DNA from: Azolla caroliniana
Taxonomy: Eukaryota > Plantae > Polypodiophyta
Direction of reading: 5' to 3'
NCBI GenBank assembly: GCA_043228905.1
Contig: JBHGNT010000012.1
Location: 17,360,001 to 17,424,000, forward strand
Length of the DNA stretch: 64,000 nt
Translations under genes and position numbers: made by a program
Shown here: one piece after another, positions 45,762 through 58,275 of the stretch
How positions within the stretch are numbered: the first letter of the stretch is position 1
Layout of the letters: every line of letters starts with the position of its first letter
Notes under the pieces: model-generated
Databases searched by the model: none
Seen by the model: the letters and a program-made list of their open reading frames with translations, nothing else
Told to the model about the DNA's origin: nothing

Positions 45762-48700
45762 TGTGAAATGCTCAAGATGTGAAATGCTCTCAAGAATAGC
45801 CTCCTTTTCATTATGTCTCAAGTTACATTTTATAGACTCTCTCTTAGCGTGGAGGGTGTTCTCCCGCTCCAATTAGCTCTACTAATTATGGGGCTTGGTG
45901 GGGGCCTAGTTTGGGTGTGGTGCATGAGGCTTGGTAGGGGCCTAATTTGGGTGTGGTCTATGTGTGGTGCATGGGGCTTGGTAGGGGCCTAATCTAGGTG
46001 TGGTCCATGTGACCACCACAATTCCCCCTTGTAAAAAAAAAAGTTATTGTGCAGTCGAAGCGCGACGAGGCGTGGACGACGGTTCCAGACGGGGGGATGA
46101 CACGGGCGTGGGCGTAGGCATGAGTGTGGGCGGGGACGGTGGTAGTTGATGGAAGGGCTTCATGCGAGACTGGTGAGCAAAGGTAGAGCGGTTGTTGGAG
46201 GCGCGGCGGAGCAGGTATGTAGTGTCGCGTATCTGCTTTTGAACTTCGAAGGGACTGATCCATCGGTGCATGAGCGATTCGCTGAGACCGCGACGACGGA
46301 TGGGGAAGTAGACGAGGACTTTGTCACCGACGTGGTATTGATGGTCGACACGGCCTATATCGTGTTGTCGTTTTTGGCGTAGTTGTGCCTGGTGCAGGTT
46401 GCTCGTGATGGCTTTGCGGAGGAGGGGCTGGAGTTGTTGTAGGTGGGACCACCAAGACACTGCGTCAGCGTGGAGTCGTGTGGTTGGTTGCGGGACTGCC
46501 ACTTTTGGGGGTAAGCGCGGGTCCCTTCCGTAAAGGGCCCGAAATGGGCTAATGCGGGTAGAGGCTTGCACAGTTGTGTTGTAGGCATGCGTATCGAAGG
46601 GCAAGATTCGGTCCCAGGTTGAGTGCAGCGGATCGATGTAGGCTTAGATTTGTTGTTTTAAGGTTCGATTGAGGCGCTCCGTCAACCCATTCGTTTGCGG
46701 ATGGTAGGGTGACATGAATAACTGTTGGATTCCTAGTTGTGTTGAAATGAGGCGTAGGAGCTCACCGTTGAACTGGGGTCCTCGATCGGACAAGATTTGG
46801 AGTGCGCAACCGTGGGGGAAGATGATTTTCTCCAATAGTTTGGAGGCGATGGTCATAGCCTTTGCATCTGGGATAGCGGCCGTCTTAGCCCAACACGTCA
46901 AGTACTCGGTGATGACGAGGATGAATTTGTTCCCTCCTTGTGACTCGGGAAAGGGGCCCATAATGTCCCATCCGACGATTTCAAATGGAGCTTGAACTTG
47001 TATCGGATGTAAGAGGCCTTGAGCCACTTGAGGTGATTTGATGGCCTGACATAAGTTGCATGCTTTGATGTAGGAGGCGACCTCGTGGCGTAGCCCAGGC
47101 CAATAGAATTTGCGACGAATTTTGCCGAGCACCTTATGAAAACCCAAGTGGCCGGACAACAGGTGATCGTGGAAGAAACGAAGGTAAGACTGGTGTAGTT
47201 GCTCTGGCACGTAGACTCGGGGTTCTTTGCCTACTTGACAAAAAAGTAGGACATTATCCTGGATCATGAATTGCTTGGTGAGGGATGATGTCGGTTCAGC
47301 TCGTAGGCGGTGGCAGATATCTTGGATTTGTTTGTCGTGTTGTTGCATGTTGGCCATTTGGGATGAGGATATGGGGAAATCGATTGTGTTGGAGGTGATC
47401 TGGTTCGCCTGAAAGGATATGCGGGATAATCCATCGGCGACGATGTTTTGTGGACCATGGCGATAGCGCAGAGTGAATGTGTAATCCTGTAGCGCCAAAA
47501 CCCAACGAAGTAAGCGGCCGGGTGGATGAGCCTTCTTTATGAGGGAGAGCAATGGCTGATGGTCGGTTTTGACTGATGTATTTGATCCGTGAAGGTATGG
47601 GTGGAAACGATGGAATGCCCAGACGATGGCGAGGAACTCTTTTTCAGTTGTCGAGTAATTTTGTTCGGCTTTGGTAAGTGACCGACTGATGTAGGCAATC
47701 GGGCGGAGTTGGTCGTTGTCGTCGGATTGGAGCAGGACCGCACCAAGGCCGACATTGGAGGCATCCGTCTGCAGATGGAAAGGCTTCGTGAAATCAGGGT
47801 GGGCCAGGAGGTCAGAGGCTTGGAGTGTTCTCTTGAGCTGCAGGAAGCTGGATTCGCAGGCTTCGGTCCACAGGAAGGGTGCGTCTTTTTGTAGGAGCGC
47901 GCGTAGTGGGGCTGACAGGTCGGCTAGCCGTGGGATGAAACGAAGAGAGAACGTGAGGAGGCCGAGGAAGCGTTGAAGCTGCTTGACTGTGGTGGGGCGT
48001 GGGAATTTTTGGACTGCTTCTGTCTTCTCCGGGTCCATTTGTATTCCGTCGGAGGAGATGACGTACCCAAGGAAGCGGAGGCACGTACTACCCCATCGGC
48101 ACTTCTTCCATTGCAGCTGCAATCGATAGCGTTGAACACAAGTAAGGACCTCCCGAAGGACTTGAAGGTGTTCTGCCCAAGTGCTTGTATGTACCAGAAT
48201 ATCGTCTAGATAGACGATGACGACACGGCGGGTGATGAGATCATCGAAGATGGCATTAGCCATTCGCTGGAATGTGCTCCCCGCATCAGATAGGCCAAAG
48301 GGCATCCGTGTGAACTGAAAAATGCCTTTCCTAGTGCGGAATGCAGTTTTGTGGGCATCGTGAGGATTCATCGGGATCTGCCAATATCCCGAGGCTAGAT
48401 CGAGGGAGGTGAAGTATTTTGATTTGCCAAGCTGGTCGAGGAGGTCATCGATACGAGGGAGAGGGTATCGGTCATGGGTGGTGACATGGTTCAGTTGTCG
48501 GAAGTCGACACAAAAGCGGTAAGAACCATCCCCTTTCTTTACCATGTGTGGCTCCGAGATCCACTCGCTCTTGGAAGGTGTGATAATCCCTTGTTGGAGC
48601 ATAGTTTTGACGGCGTTGTCGATGCGCTCGTGGTCGAGAGGCGAGCGACGTCGGGGAGCTGCGTTGATGGGGCGGGCGTTGCCTGTAGGAATCGTGTGGT

Positions 48701-50584
48701 GAATCGGAAAACGGACCGAGGGAGGTTTTACAGGTGGTGTAGACAACGAGGGAAAGGTGGCGAGGAGCCGTCTGATGTCGTTGATGCGCTCCGCCGGTGA
48801 TATCAGGTACTGTGTGTTGCTGATGTGGGTGGTATCCCGCGGAGTAGTGAAGAGCGCGATCGGAATGTGATTTGGGAGGATGAGCTGTTGTGCGGAGAAA
48901 TCGAGACAGGCTCGACTATGGAGGAACCAATCACATGTAGAAACGATGGTGGATCTGGGCGGAACTAATGGTGAGCATGCACCTGACTTGCGTATGTGAG
49001 TGGTACACCCGTTGTTGGTCGCCGAAGAGGATTTTAATGGGCGGTGCGTGGCTCGTGGGAAGTTGTAATTGGGTGACTAAATCTGCGCTGATGGAAGAGA
49101 TGTTGCTGCCGGAGTCGAGGAGAACTTCTTGGGTCGTGTGCTGGAGGCGGGCGATTGTGGTACAAACGGGCGAAGTTGATGAAGTGGATGCGTGGACGTG
49201 CGGGGGTGGCTCGATCGTGGGAGAAACGGGAGAAGTTGAGGACGTGGAGACGTGGACGTGCGGGGGCGGCTCTCCCTGCGGCACCCCGCGCATTAGTTTT
49301 CCGGGAGCTCAGAGAGGGAGGCAGCGTCAGCCAATTGGACGTTCTGCTTCTGTTGGTGATTCTGCCACTTTCGGCAGTGACGCCGAATGTGGCCATAGTT
49401 GTTGCAGTAGAAACATTTGGGGCGTCCCTGGCTGTCTCGTTCGGGCAATGCACGCTTGGCACGTAATTGCGCGTTTTGGATGTCGATGTCCATGGGAGTG
49501 ACGGCTGGTATAGTGTTTGTATGATCATGACTGAGATTACCTGGTGTGTGCATGTCGTGCGCGTCTGTAGCTTCGATGCGTTGGGCAGTGAGGATGGCTT
49601 CGTGTAGTGTCGTCGGGCCTTGATCGCGTACACGGCGGCGGAGGTCATGTCGTATACGCGGCCAGAAAAAAACAACTTCATGTCCTCCGACATGTTGGCG
49701 TCAGCCCGGCGTAGGATCTGCACAAAACGAACCGCGAACTGGGTGATGGGTTCGCGTGGTTGTTGGGTAATTGACTCAAGTTGTTGTAGGGCCGTCTGGC
49801 GGGAGTCTTGATGAGCAAAATTCCGAATCATGGCTGCCCGTAACAGATCCCAGTCGTTGCGTGTCTCTTCGGGTTGTTGTACAAGCCATGTTGCCGCGAT
49901 ATTCTCGAGGAGTGTCTTCATCTCCATTGCCTTCCAAGGGTGTGGCCACTGGTGGTAACTGGCCACCATTTCGAAATGATCCAGCCAAGAGAGGACGTCT
50001 TCCGATAGTAGGCCGGAGAACGGTTTTGGGCGAACTCGAGAGTCCGGGAGATTTTGTTGTGGCTCGGATCGTGCTGAAAGAAAGGACAACATGGCTTGGT
50101 TAGTATGGTTAACTTGTAAAATGATGTTGGACAGAGCTTGAACCAGTTGGTCGATTGGCGATGTGGGCTGGTGTCCTTGATTGTGTTGTAGGAATTCCGG
50201 ATTCCTCGAGTTTGCGTTGCCGTCGTTGTTGTCGTGTTGCATCGTGGCGGGCGTTGTCGGGGTCGTGAGTTGGGGTGGCTTGGCCCGTCTTCTCCACCAA
50301 GATGTCCCCGTCTTCTCCACCAAGATGTGAAATGCTCAAGATGTGAAATGCTCTCAAGAATAGCCTCCTTTTCATTATGTCTCAAGTTACATTTTATAGA
50401 CTCTCTCTTAGCGTGGAGGGTGTTCTCCCGCTCCAATTAGCTCTACTAATTATGGGGCTTGGTGGGGGCCTAGTTTGGGTGTGGTGCATGAGGCTTGGTA
50501 GGGGCCTAATTTGGGTGTGGTCTATGTGTGGTGCATGGGGCTTGGTAGGGGCCTAATCTAGGTGTGGTCCATGTGACCACCACA
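45762..50584 (-). mobile_element. Compact GC-rich Ty3/Gypsy element, 259-bp LTRs, 4-bp TSD, tRNA-Ala-like PBS, no chromodomain
   Basis: LTRs 45762-46020 and 50326-50584 look identical; ATAG at 45758-45761 and 50585-50588; PBS TGGTGGAGAAGACGGGG; PPT AAGGGGGAA; gag CFYCNNYGHIRRHC, LLDSG, YLDD, TDAS, integrase. Confidence 0.95.
46044..49293 (-). pseudogene. pol: pol of element 4 (frameshift after protease, in-frame stop at 46644-46646 in integrase)
   Basis: ORFs 48931-49293, 46644-48746 and 46044-46604; the last two share a frame across one TAA. Confidence 0.9.
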
Positions 50585-50588
50585 ATAG

Positions 50589-51597
50589 GATAGGAAAAGA
50601 TTTTGAGAGAGGGAAGGAAAAACTAAGAGAAGGAGAAGTTGATAGCTTAAGTGTGAGAGAGGAAAAAAAGGTAATGATTTAGAGAGAGGAGTGGTGGGGG
50701 TAGGGTGTTTAATTTTTAAGAAATGAGGGGGGGGTTTAAGGGAGGGGTAGGGTGGTAATAGGAAAAAGTGGGAGGAGGGGTAGAAAGGTAATTTTGAAAA
50801 AGTGAGGGGGAAGGGTAGGAGGGTAATTAAGGGTAATTTAGGAAAAGTAATTTAGGAAGGTAAGGGAGGGGGTAGGGTTGTAAATTGATCAAGTGGGGGT
50901 GAAGTGAAAAGTTCACCAAGAACAATTTGAGCGCACCCAAACTGTTTGATACACTTGGTGTGAGCTAGGGAGGGTTAAGGTTAGGGGTAGGGTGGTAATT
51001 AAAAAATGAAGGGAGGGGAGAGAGAGAGAGAGAGAGTGAGTGACAAAAGAGGATATGAAAGTAAGAAAGAGAGAGAGAGAGGTAGGAGAGAGAGGAGAAT
51101 TATAAGGGGCAACCAAGAATTCAAAGAGAGGGGAATAAAAAAGGAGAAGAGTGTTATGGAGAGAAAAGGAGGGGTAGGAAAAATAAAAAATAAAAAATGG
51201 TAAAATATGGGAGAGGGTAAAAACTACAAATAAAAGGAAAGCGAGGTTGTATTAAAAAGGTACTAAAAGAAAGAAAAGTTAAGGGGAGGGGTAAAGTTAA
51301 AATATATGGAAATCGATGAGAGTGGTAGTGGGTAAATATAATCTAAAGATTAGGTTTTTAATAAAAGTGTAGGAGAGAGGTATGAGTAAAAATATGAAAA
51401 AGTAGGCGAAGAGGTAGGGCTAAAATTACGAGAAAGTAGGAGGGGTAGGACCGGAAATAGGAGAAAGAAGGGAAGGGGTAGGGTTGAAAATAGAAGAAAG
51501 TAGGGGAATGGTAGGGCTCAAAATAGGTGAAAGTATGGGAGGGGTATGGCTAAAACTATGAAAATTCTAACAAGGAGTGAGTGCATATGTAGGGATG
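50589..51597. repeat. Purine-rich low-complexity tract (GA / GGGGTAGGG units), continuous with 45449-45757 before insertion of element 4
   Basis: Very few C on the + strand for ~1.3 kb once element 4 is removed. Confidence 0.8.
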
Positions 51598-54500
51598 TGC
51601 ATGAGTTCTCTTGTTGATTAAAATTGTATTCTCCCTTTTATGTATATGCACCTATTCTTTCCTTGTTGCATGGGTGCTTGGTCTGACCATAACAACACCA
51701 CACACTTCCATGTCATCTTTTGCCCATTTGTTTCCTTATTGTTTCGCCTTTGGCATCTCTTAATGGATGTTAAATCTTCGACCCTTCCATTAGCAATGAT
51801 TAACTTTTGTCATTTGGGCTATGCCTTTCATTGTTGTCTTTATTTATTTGTTTTCCTTTTCCATTTGTTGACCCTGTTGTTCAATTTTTCAGACATCATG
51901 AAACTTGACTTTATTTATTGCAATTTTCTCCTTATGCATGTGCTATATCATAACACTATTAATATCATTTACAAATTATTCAACAAGGTTAAACAACGTT
52001 GTCGCCACAATAACTTGCGCATGAATAAAATATGAGTGGAACCGTCGACCCGCCACCCAATGGCATCATGAAGCTTGACTTTAACACATTATTCTCCTTT
52101 TGCACATGCCACATCATAACACCGTTAATATTATCTACCGATTGTTTAACAAGGTTAAACAATGATGTTGCAAAAAAAATGTGTGGCTATGAAATATGAG
52201 TGGGACCGCTGGGGATTTGAACTGGGGAAGATAGGATTGACTCGATTCATAGACTTCAGGAAGCTCACAATTGTCGATTGAAGTCATTCTAATCTTTCTT
52301 TGAATGTCTTGGTTTTTTATGTGAAGATACTATGGTGTATGTCTGTGATATTTGCCTTAGGTATGGTTTTATCGTTTTGCACATGCCACATCAGAACATT
52401 GTTAATATTATCTGTAAGACTGTACCAATTATTCAACAAGGTTAAACAATGATGTCATGAAAATAACATGCGTAGGATGAATATATAAATACGAGAAATA
52501 TGTGATATAATTAGGGATCAACCTTAACACCGTTACATGGGGTGGCTAGAGTAGGATAATAGTGAATGATATGGAAAGATAATTAAGGAAATTAGGGTGT
52601 CAATTTGGTGCCACTCTCAACCTTGAATACCCTCTTAATTTGCTATCTTGGGTTGCACAAAAATTTGATAGGCCTTCCACGAAATTTGGGTAGGCCTTCA
52701 TCATTCATTACAAGGTTTGGACCCTTACATGACCTTATACTTCCAAGAGGTAGCTCTTGCCAATTGAGCTATATCTTTTTGTTATTTTGTGACTCATTCC
52801 ATCGTATCCTTCTAGTATGTCTTTGACCCAAATTTTAACCTGACATAAACTTGGAATCTTATGTTTTTTCTCCCACTATAGATGTCATATCATGACAATA
52901 CAAAACCATCAAGTAAGCTAAGATCTTAACTTTAAAGCATTCCCTCCTGTTTTGGAATCTTCTCAATATTAACTAAAAATGATATTAAAAATAATAAAGA
53001 AGGTTGGTATTATGCATTAAGTCGCCAATAAAGCCAAACCTTATAATCTTAAGATTCAATGTCCCACTAGTAAATTTCCCTAGATTTCAAAGAGTGGTGA
53101 TCATGCTATTTTCCTACGAGTGAAGAAGACCTGACAAAAGAACATATATTGTTTTTTTGGTCATTGACACTATGATATTATAGTAAGAATACTATAGTTT
53201 TACATTATTAGTGTCGTCTCTCCTTCTTAATAGAGATACCACCATAATCCTATTGTTGGGATATCACAATACCACCTATTACATCATCACCATTGGAGCA
53301 TAGTTACATATGGTTTATGTTGCCATGGGGCTAAATGTCATTGCCACAACCATGTCGTTGAAAACTCAGTAAGAGGAAGTCGTCTCCTACTTTTCGTTGA
53401 ATAGAGTGGATATCTTATATATCTCACTCACTCTTCCATCATTGTTAGATTGCTACATTCTTCTATGTGTATTTATAGAGAAGCTCTATATAAATAAGGT
53501 CTTCTCTCTTTTATAAAGAGTTGGTCATCTCATTTATTAACATTTGAAAATATAAGTTGATTACATGCTAATTATATTTCATTTACCTTTAGATTTATTT
53601 ATAAACTCGTTGTAATATCCCTCATCTACCGAGGGCATTAATGATACTTCTTAAAAAGTACAAAAAGAATTCAATTATAATAGGTCATACATGTAGTAAA
53701 TGGGGGGAATAGTTTCAAAAATGGTCTCTATTGTTTATTATCCACTAACTACCCCATTATTATTATTGGTTTTTATTTGATGTCCCTATTGACTTTTACA
53801 TTTTCTTGGAACCAAATATGTACATAAATGAGCATTGAGGGGTATATGGTTTTAAGTTTGGTTCCTGATGTATGAGATTTTGTTTGTTTTCCATTTGATG
53901 TCAATAAGAAAACAAACACTGGCCACAATATATAATTATAAGAGGGAGGGGTGGAAGGAGCGAAGAAGTTTGTATTGATCTATTAACGAAGTTCAATGGC
54001 AAAGGTGAGTAGCAATTCGCGGTGGGGTTGTGACCAATTCCGGGACAAGAGGTGTAATTTGGAGAACTTGTAATGCTAGTATGTTTCTTGACTTACTATG
54101 GTCTATCTACTCAAATCAAGGCCCAAGTAAAACCAAGGTGCACATACTTATTTCCCAAATTTAGAGTTTGTGACTATAATCACTCTCTCGAGCAACTCTC
54201 AAATATAGTGTGTCTAAATGATATTCTAGATCTCTAGTTGGAGTGAATCACTTGTGTGAATTCATCATCTTGCGAGCAATATACTATTTCGTTTTTTAGT
54301 TGCTAACAATCCCAACAACGTGAGGTGACTAATTGTATGTATTAGCATACAAGTCTTTTGGACCGAATCATAGAGACTTCTATGTGTCTTCGCCAATTAC
54401 GCAAGAATAGGATAATATTGTGGGTTCATTTTAAGTACTATATAACCAAAGACAACCGAACTATAAAATATTATAAGTTCATTTGGTGACTAAATCCGAT

Positions 54501-55615
54501 GAATATCTAGGCCCACATCTACTTGATTCGTGAGATAACGTGCTTAAACCACACACTCTTTTTGAGGGTATATGTGTGTGTTCCGTTCACAAGTAACTTA
54601 TGTATAGGAGATGCCTTTTCATTGAATATGGTGGATATCTTGTATATCTGACTCCGTCTTCATTCATTATTAGATAGCTCCAAACTTCTATGTGTATTTA
54701 TATACAACTTCAATATAAATAAAGTCTTCTCTCTTTTATAATGTGTTGGTCATCTCCTTCATTAACATTTGAAAATATAAGTTGATTACATGCTAATTAT
54801 GTTTCATTTACCTTTAGTTTTTTTATAGACTCATTGTAATATTCCTCACCTAACCGAGGGTACTATTGATAAATCTTTTAAAAATACGGAAAGGGCATTG
54901 AATTATAATATGCCATATACATAAGTGAGGGGGAATATTTTGAAAACAGGGGATGGGGCTTGCATCCATTAACTACCCCATTATTGTTATTGTTCGGATT
55001 GATGTTCAACTCTTTCTCGGAACCAAGCATGTGCCTAATGTTATTGGAAGCTCTTTTGTGTTCTATTCTTTGGGCCAGAGACTTATCTTTCCTTTTTTGA
55101 AACACACATTGGCTACAATATGCAAGAAGCAAGAAGAGTAAAGAAGTTTCGATCGATCAATCAACGAAGTTTGGATCGCGGCCATTTCGGGGACAAGAGG
55201 TGTGATTTCCGACAATTTGTAATATGTTTCTTCACCTACTTAACTCTATCCACTCAAACCAATGCCCAGGTAAAACTAAGGTGTGGTTACTTGTTTCCCA
55301 AAAACTAGGACTTCTAAATGACATATTAGATCTTTAGGTCAAGTGAGAACAATTTCATCAAATCACTAATAATTAGACCCGGTATATCCCATATGCATAC
55401 CATCTAAAACTATTGGGTTTTCAGTTGCAAACAACCCCAATATCCCCTAATTGTATGTATTAGCATAGATGTTCGCTTAACCGAAAACATAGTGAATTAT
55501 ATTAAGCTTCTTCGCTCGAATTGTGTGATCTATATGGTCTACAAAACAAAGTGTGAATATGATTAATTGTGGAATATGTGATCTATACGGTATACCAAAA
55601 CATGGTGTGAATGTG
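51598..55615 (+). repeat. Segmental duplication copy B, directly upstream of the CVNH exon; contains an older ~1.2-kb internal tandem duplication
   Basis: Colinear with 30465-36030; 53397-54370 resembles 54621-55490. Confidence 0.93.
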
Positions 55616-55642
55616 ATTAATTCTGGAATACATAATAAGCAG

Positions 55643-55966
55643 TGCACGGGATCGTTCTCGGGATCGTGCTCCAATATTCAGCTTCTCAACACCACCATAC
55701 TCCAAGCATCATGTTCCGTGGACTATGGTAGTGAATTGGACTCGCAACTAAATCTCGACGACCACGTTAGCAACCAGGATGGGATGCTCAATTGTGTGTC
55801 CGGAGAGGGCTCCTTCTCGCTTACGTGCACCGATGTGTCACTCCTTGGTATGAGCCAATTGTCGGCACAATGCCGAGACATGGCGTCGTCCGTCCAATCC
55901 GCATCCTTAGACTTGAACTTATGTGTGCAGAATACCAATGGGCAACTCTCTTGGGCCTGCATTTGA
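55643..55966 (+). CDS. Cyanovirin-N homolog (CVNH) lectin domain, probably the last exon
   Basis: Two CVNH repeats: FSGSC...LQASC...SQLNLDDHVSNQDGML and FSLTC...LSAQC...ASLDLNLCVQNTNGQL; GC content rises at a phase-0 CAG acceptor (55640-55642). Confidence 0.9.
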   Translation, partial: CTGSFSGSCSNIQLLNTTILQASCSVDYGSELDSQLNLDDHVSNQDGMLNCVSGEGSFSLTCTDVSLLGMSQLSAQCRDMASSVQSASLDLNLCVQNTNGQLSWACI

Positions 55967-58275
55967 TCACAGGCCCAGAAATCTACATATCTTTAGGTGT
56001 GGTGCCATATCATGAAACTATGACCGTCAATAAATGTATGGTGACCTATATAACTACATATATGTATGTAATCATGCAATTTAGATATTGTTTGATAAGT
56101 GTATATAAATTGATTGTCTTCGCCAAATTCGTCCTAGAAGACATTAATCCTTCTCTTTTGTTTTTATTATCGTAATTAGCTTACCCAATTGGTAAGTTGT
56201 TATATTACAAGCCACTATATCTTGGGTTTGAAACCCAATTTTACTCACCTCTCTATTATATATTTCATACATATCTCTTTTAATTCACTAGATGCCATTG
56301 TGGAATGTAGGGGTTAAACCCATGACTTCTTGGTCTCCATTGGGCAACCTTGCTAGCTGGGAACTCTCTCTCTCTTTTCGAATTGTCGAATTGTTTGGAG
56401 GTGCATAAGTTTCGACAAATTTGTCGACATGATCACCCGAATTTAATAGTTTTCCCTCGACATGTATAGCCTCTAGAGAAGAGAAGATAATAGGAATTGC
56501 CAAATTACCAACTCCCATTTCACACCACTTTTCCTTGTCTCGCTCCACCTCCATTTCCCTCCTTACTTTCACAAAGCTACCACTAGATTACCAACACAAT
56601 GCCTCGAGTTTAAGGCTTGCCCAACTTCCACCACACATCTTTATTACACCATCTATAACATTGAGAGTTGCTACTCAATTCCACACACACTAACTTAAAA
56701 AAGGTTCACTTTTTGGTGCCAAAGCTTGTAATTGAACTTTGTGGACAATAATAAAATCTATCTATGGCTTGCCAATGTAGAATGTAGAGGTTGACCACAT
56801 GATCATCTAGTCTCGAAAACCTTACCCAACTAAGCTACAAATGTATGTGCACTCCTCTCTCTCTCTCTCTCTCTCTCTCCTCATTTTCTACTTTCAATAT
56901 TTATTTAGGGTTTGTTAATTTCTTATTTCTTGAACATGCTAGGTAAGATGTATATTGTTTTGGCCTTGCCATAGGGCCATGAAAGACATTGATACTCTTC
57001 TCTTACTTGCCGAATTCCAAGTACACACTCCTCCATCTCTTACTTTACCAATCTCTCAAATACCATTTCTCTTACAATTTTTCAGGGTATCCGCGTATAA
57101 AAACATATGTACACAAAGGGAAATGTAGTGCGCAAATATTTTGGGATTGGAAAGATAGAAAAAATTCTATACAAAGTTTCCTCCCCTCTCTGCGTTCCTT
57201 TTTATGATTCTTAAAAGTTTGTCCTTATCAACTCTCACCAACCTGTCACATCTCTTTTAGGTGTTTCTTTTTTCTTATGATTCTTTTCAACCCTTCCATC
57301 TATCCTCTCTCTCCATTGAAAAGGTCTTTGTTGACTTTGGGTTACCTTTAGTGCACTTATCAACTAGGCTTTTATCTTTGAAAGGATAAGATTAGCTTAC
57401 GGTGGAAAACATTTTATTCTCACCCTTTTCCATGTATCTCTTTTGGTTCTCCTTTTTAGGTGTGTCACCATAAGTAACCTGATAGAGCTCTGATTCTACT
57501 TGTGAGGCACATCTTGCCCATGCTTATCCACCCATGTGTTAATAATTTATGCTTCTCTCTCTATGTATGTAGGCCAACAAGAAAATATGCATACTAAACA
57601 TCTTTTGCATCTCATAGATGTGTTTGGATATATACACGTCCGCATCTACGCTGAATTGTTACTATCATGGTTTTATTTGCTACACATCAATGCTTAGAAC
57701 AAAATAAATAAATCAACATGAGATCATGGTTTGAGAGCAATGGACTGATTAAATTACATTTAGCCTAATCTCTTGGGAGCTCTATCTTGATTCTAGTTAC
57801 ACACTAGCAATGGAGAGTAATTGTATACAACTTTTTTCATATATATTTCTTTTCCCCGTATTGATTGGCACGAGCTATAACAAAGCATGGGCATCACAAA
57901 TTGAATTCAACCACTTTCTCTATGATTGTCACAAGTTTCTAATGAATAATACATAATTGAAAGTGACTTCACCAAATATTTGTTTTATGGATGAGATGAT
58001 CGACACATACATACAAGTAGGAACTTCATTAAAATGAAAGGGATTAAAACAAATAATAGACAAAATTGAAGACGAAGTTTTTTGAAGTTTCAGAGCACAA
58101 GCAACAAAGGCCCCACCGCTTCTTCCTTTTGGGATGGGGCCGAGGTTTGAAATGGAACACAACTCTAGTGAATCCATGTTAGGATTGATGGTACCGACAA
58201 AAGAAATCATGCCGCTTGTTTTCACAACCCTTGCCTCTGAATAAAGAAGGTCACAGCATTTACCATATCTAATTC

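Noticed and set aside
55553-55642. N-terminus of CVNH as given by the ORF track
   Set aside because: Built from local TGTGAAT(A/G)TGATTAATT repeats, AT-rich and ending in a CAG acceptor; more likely intron.
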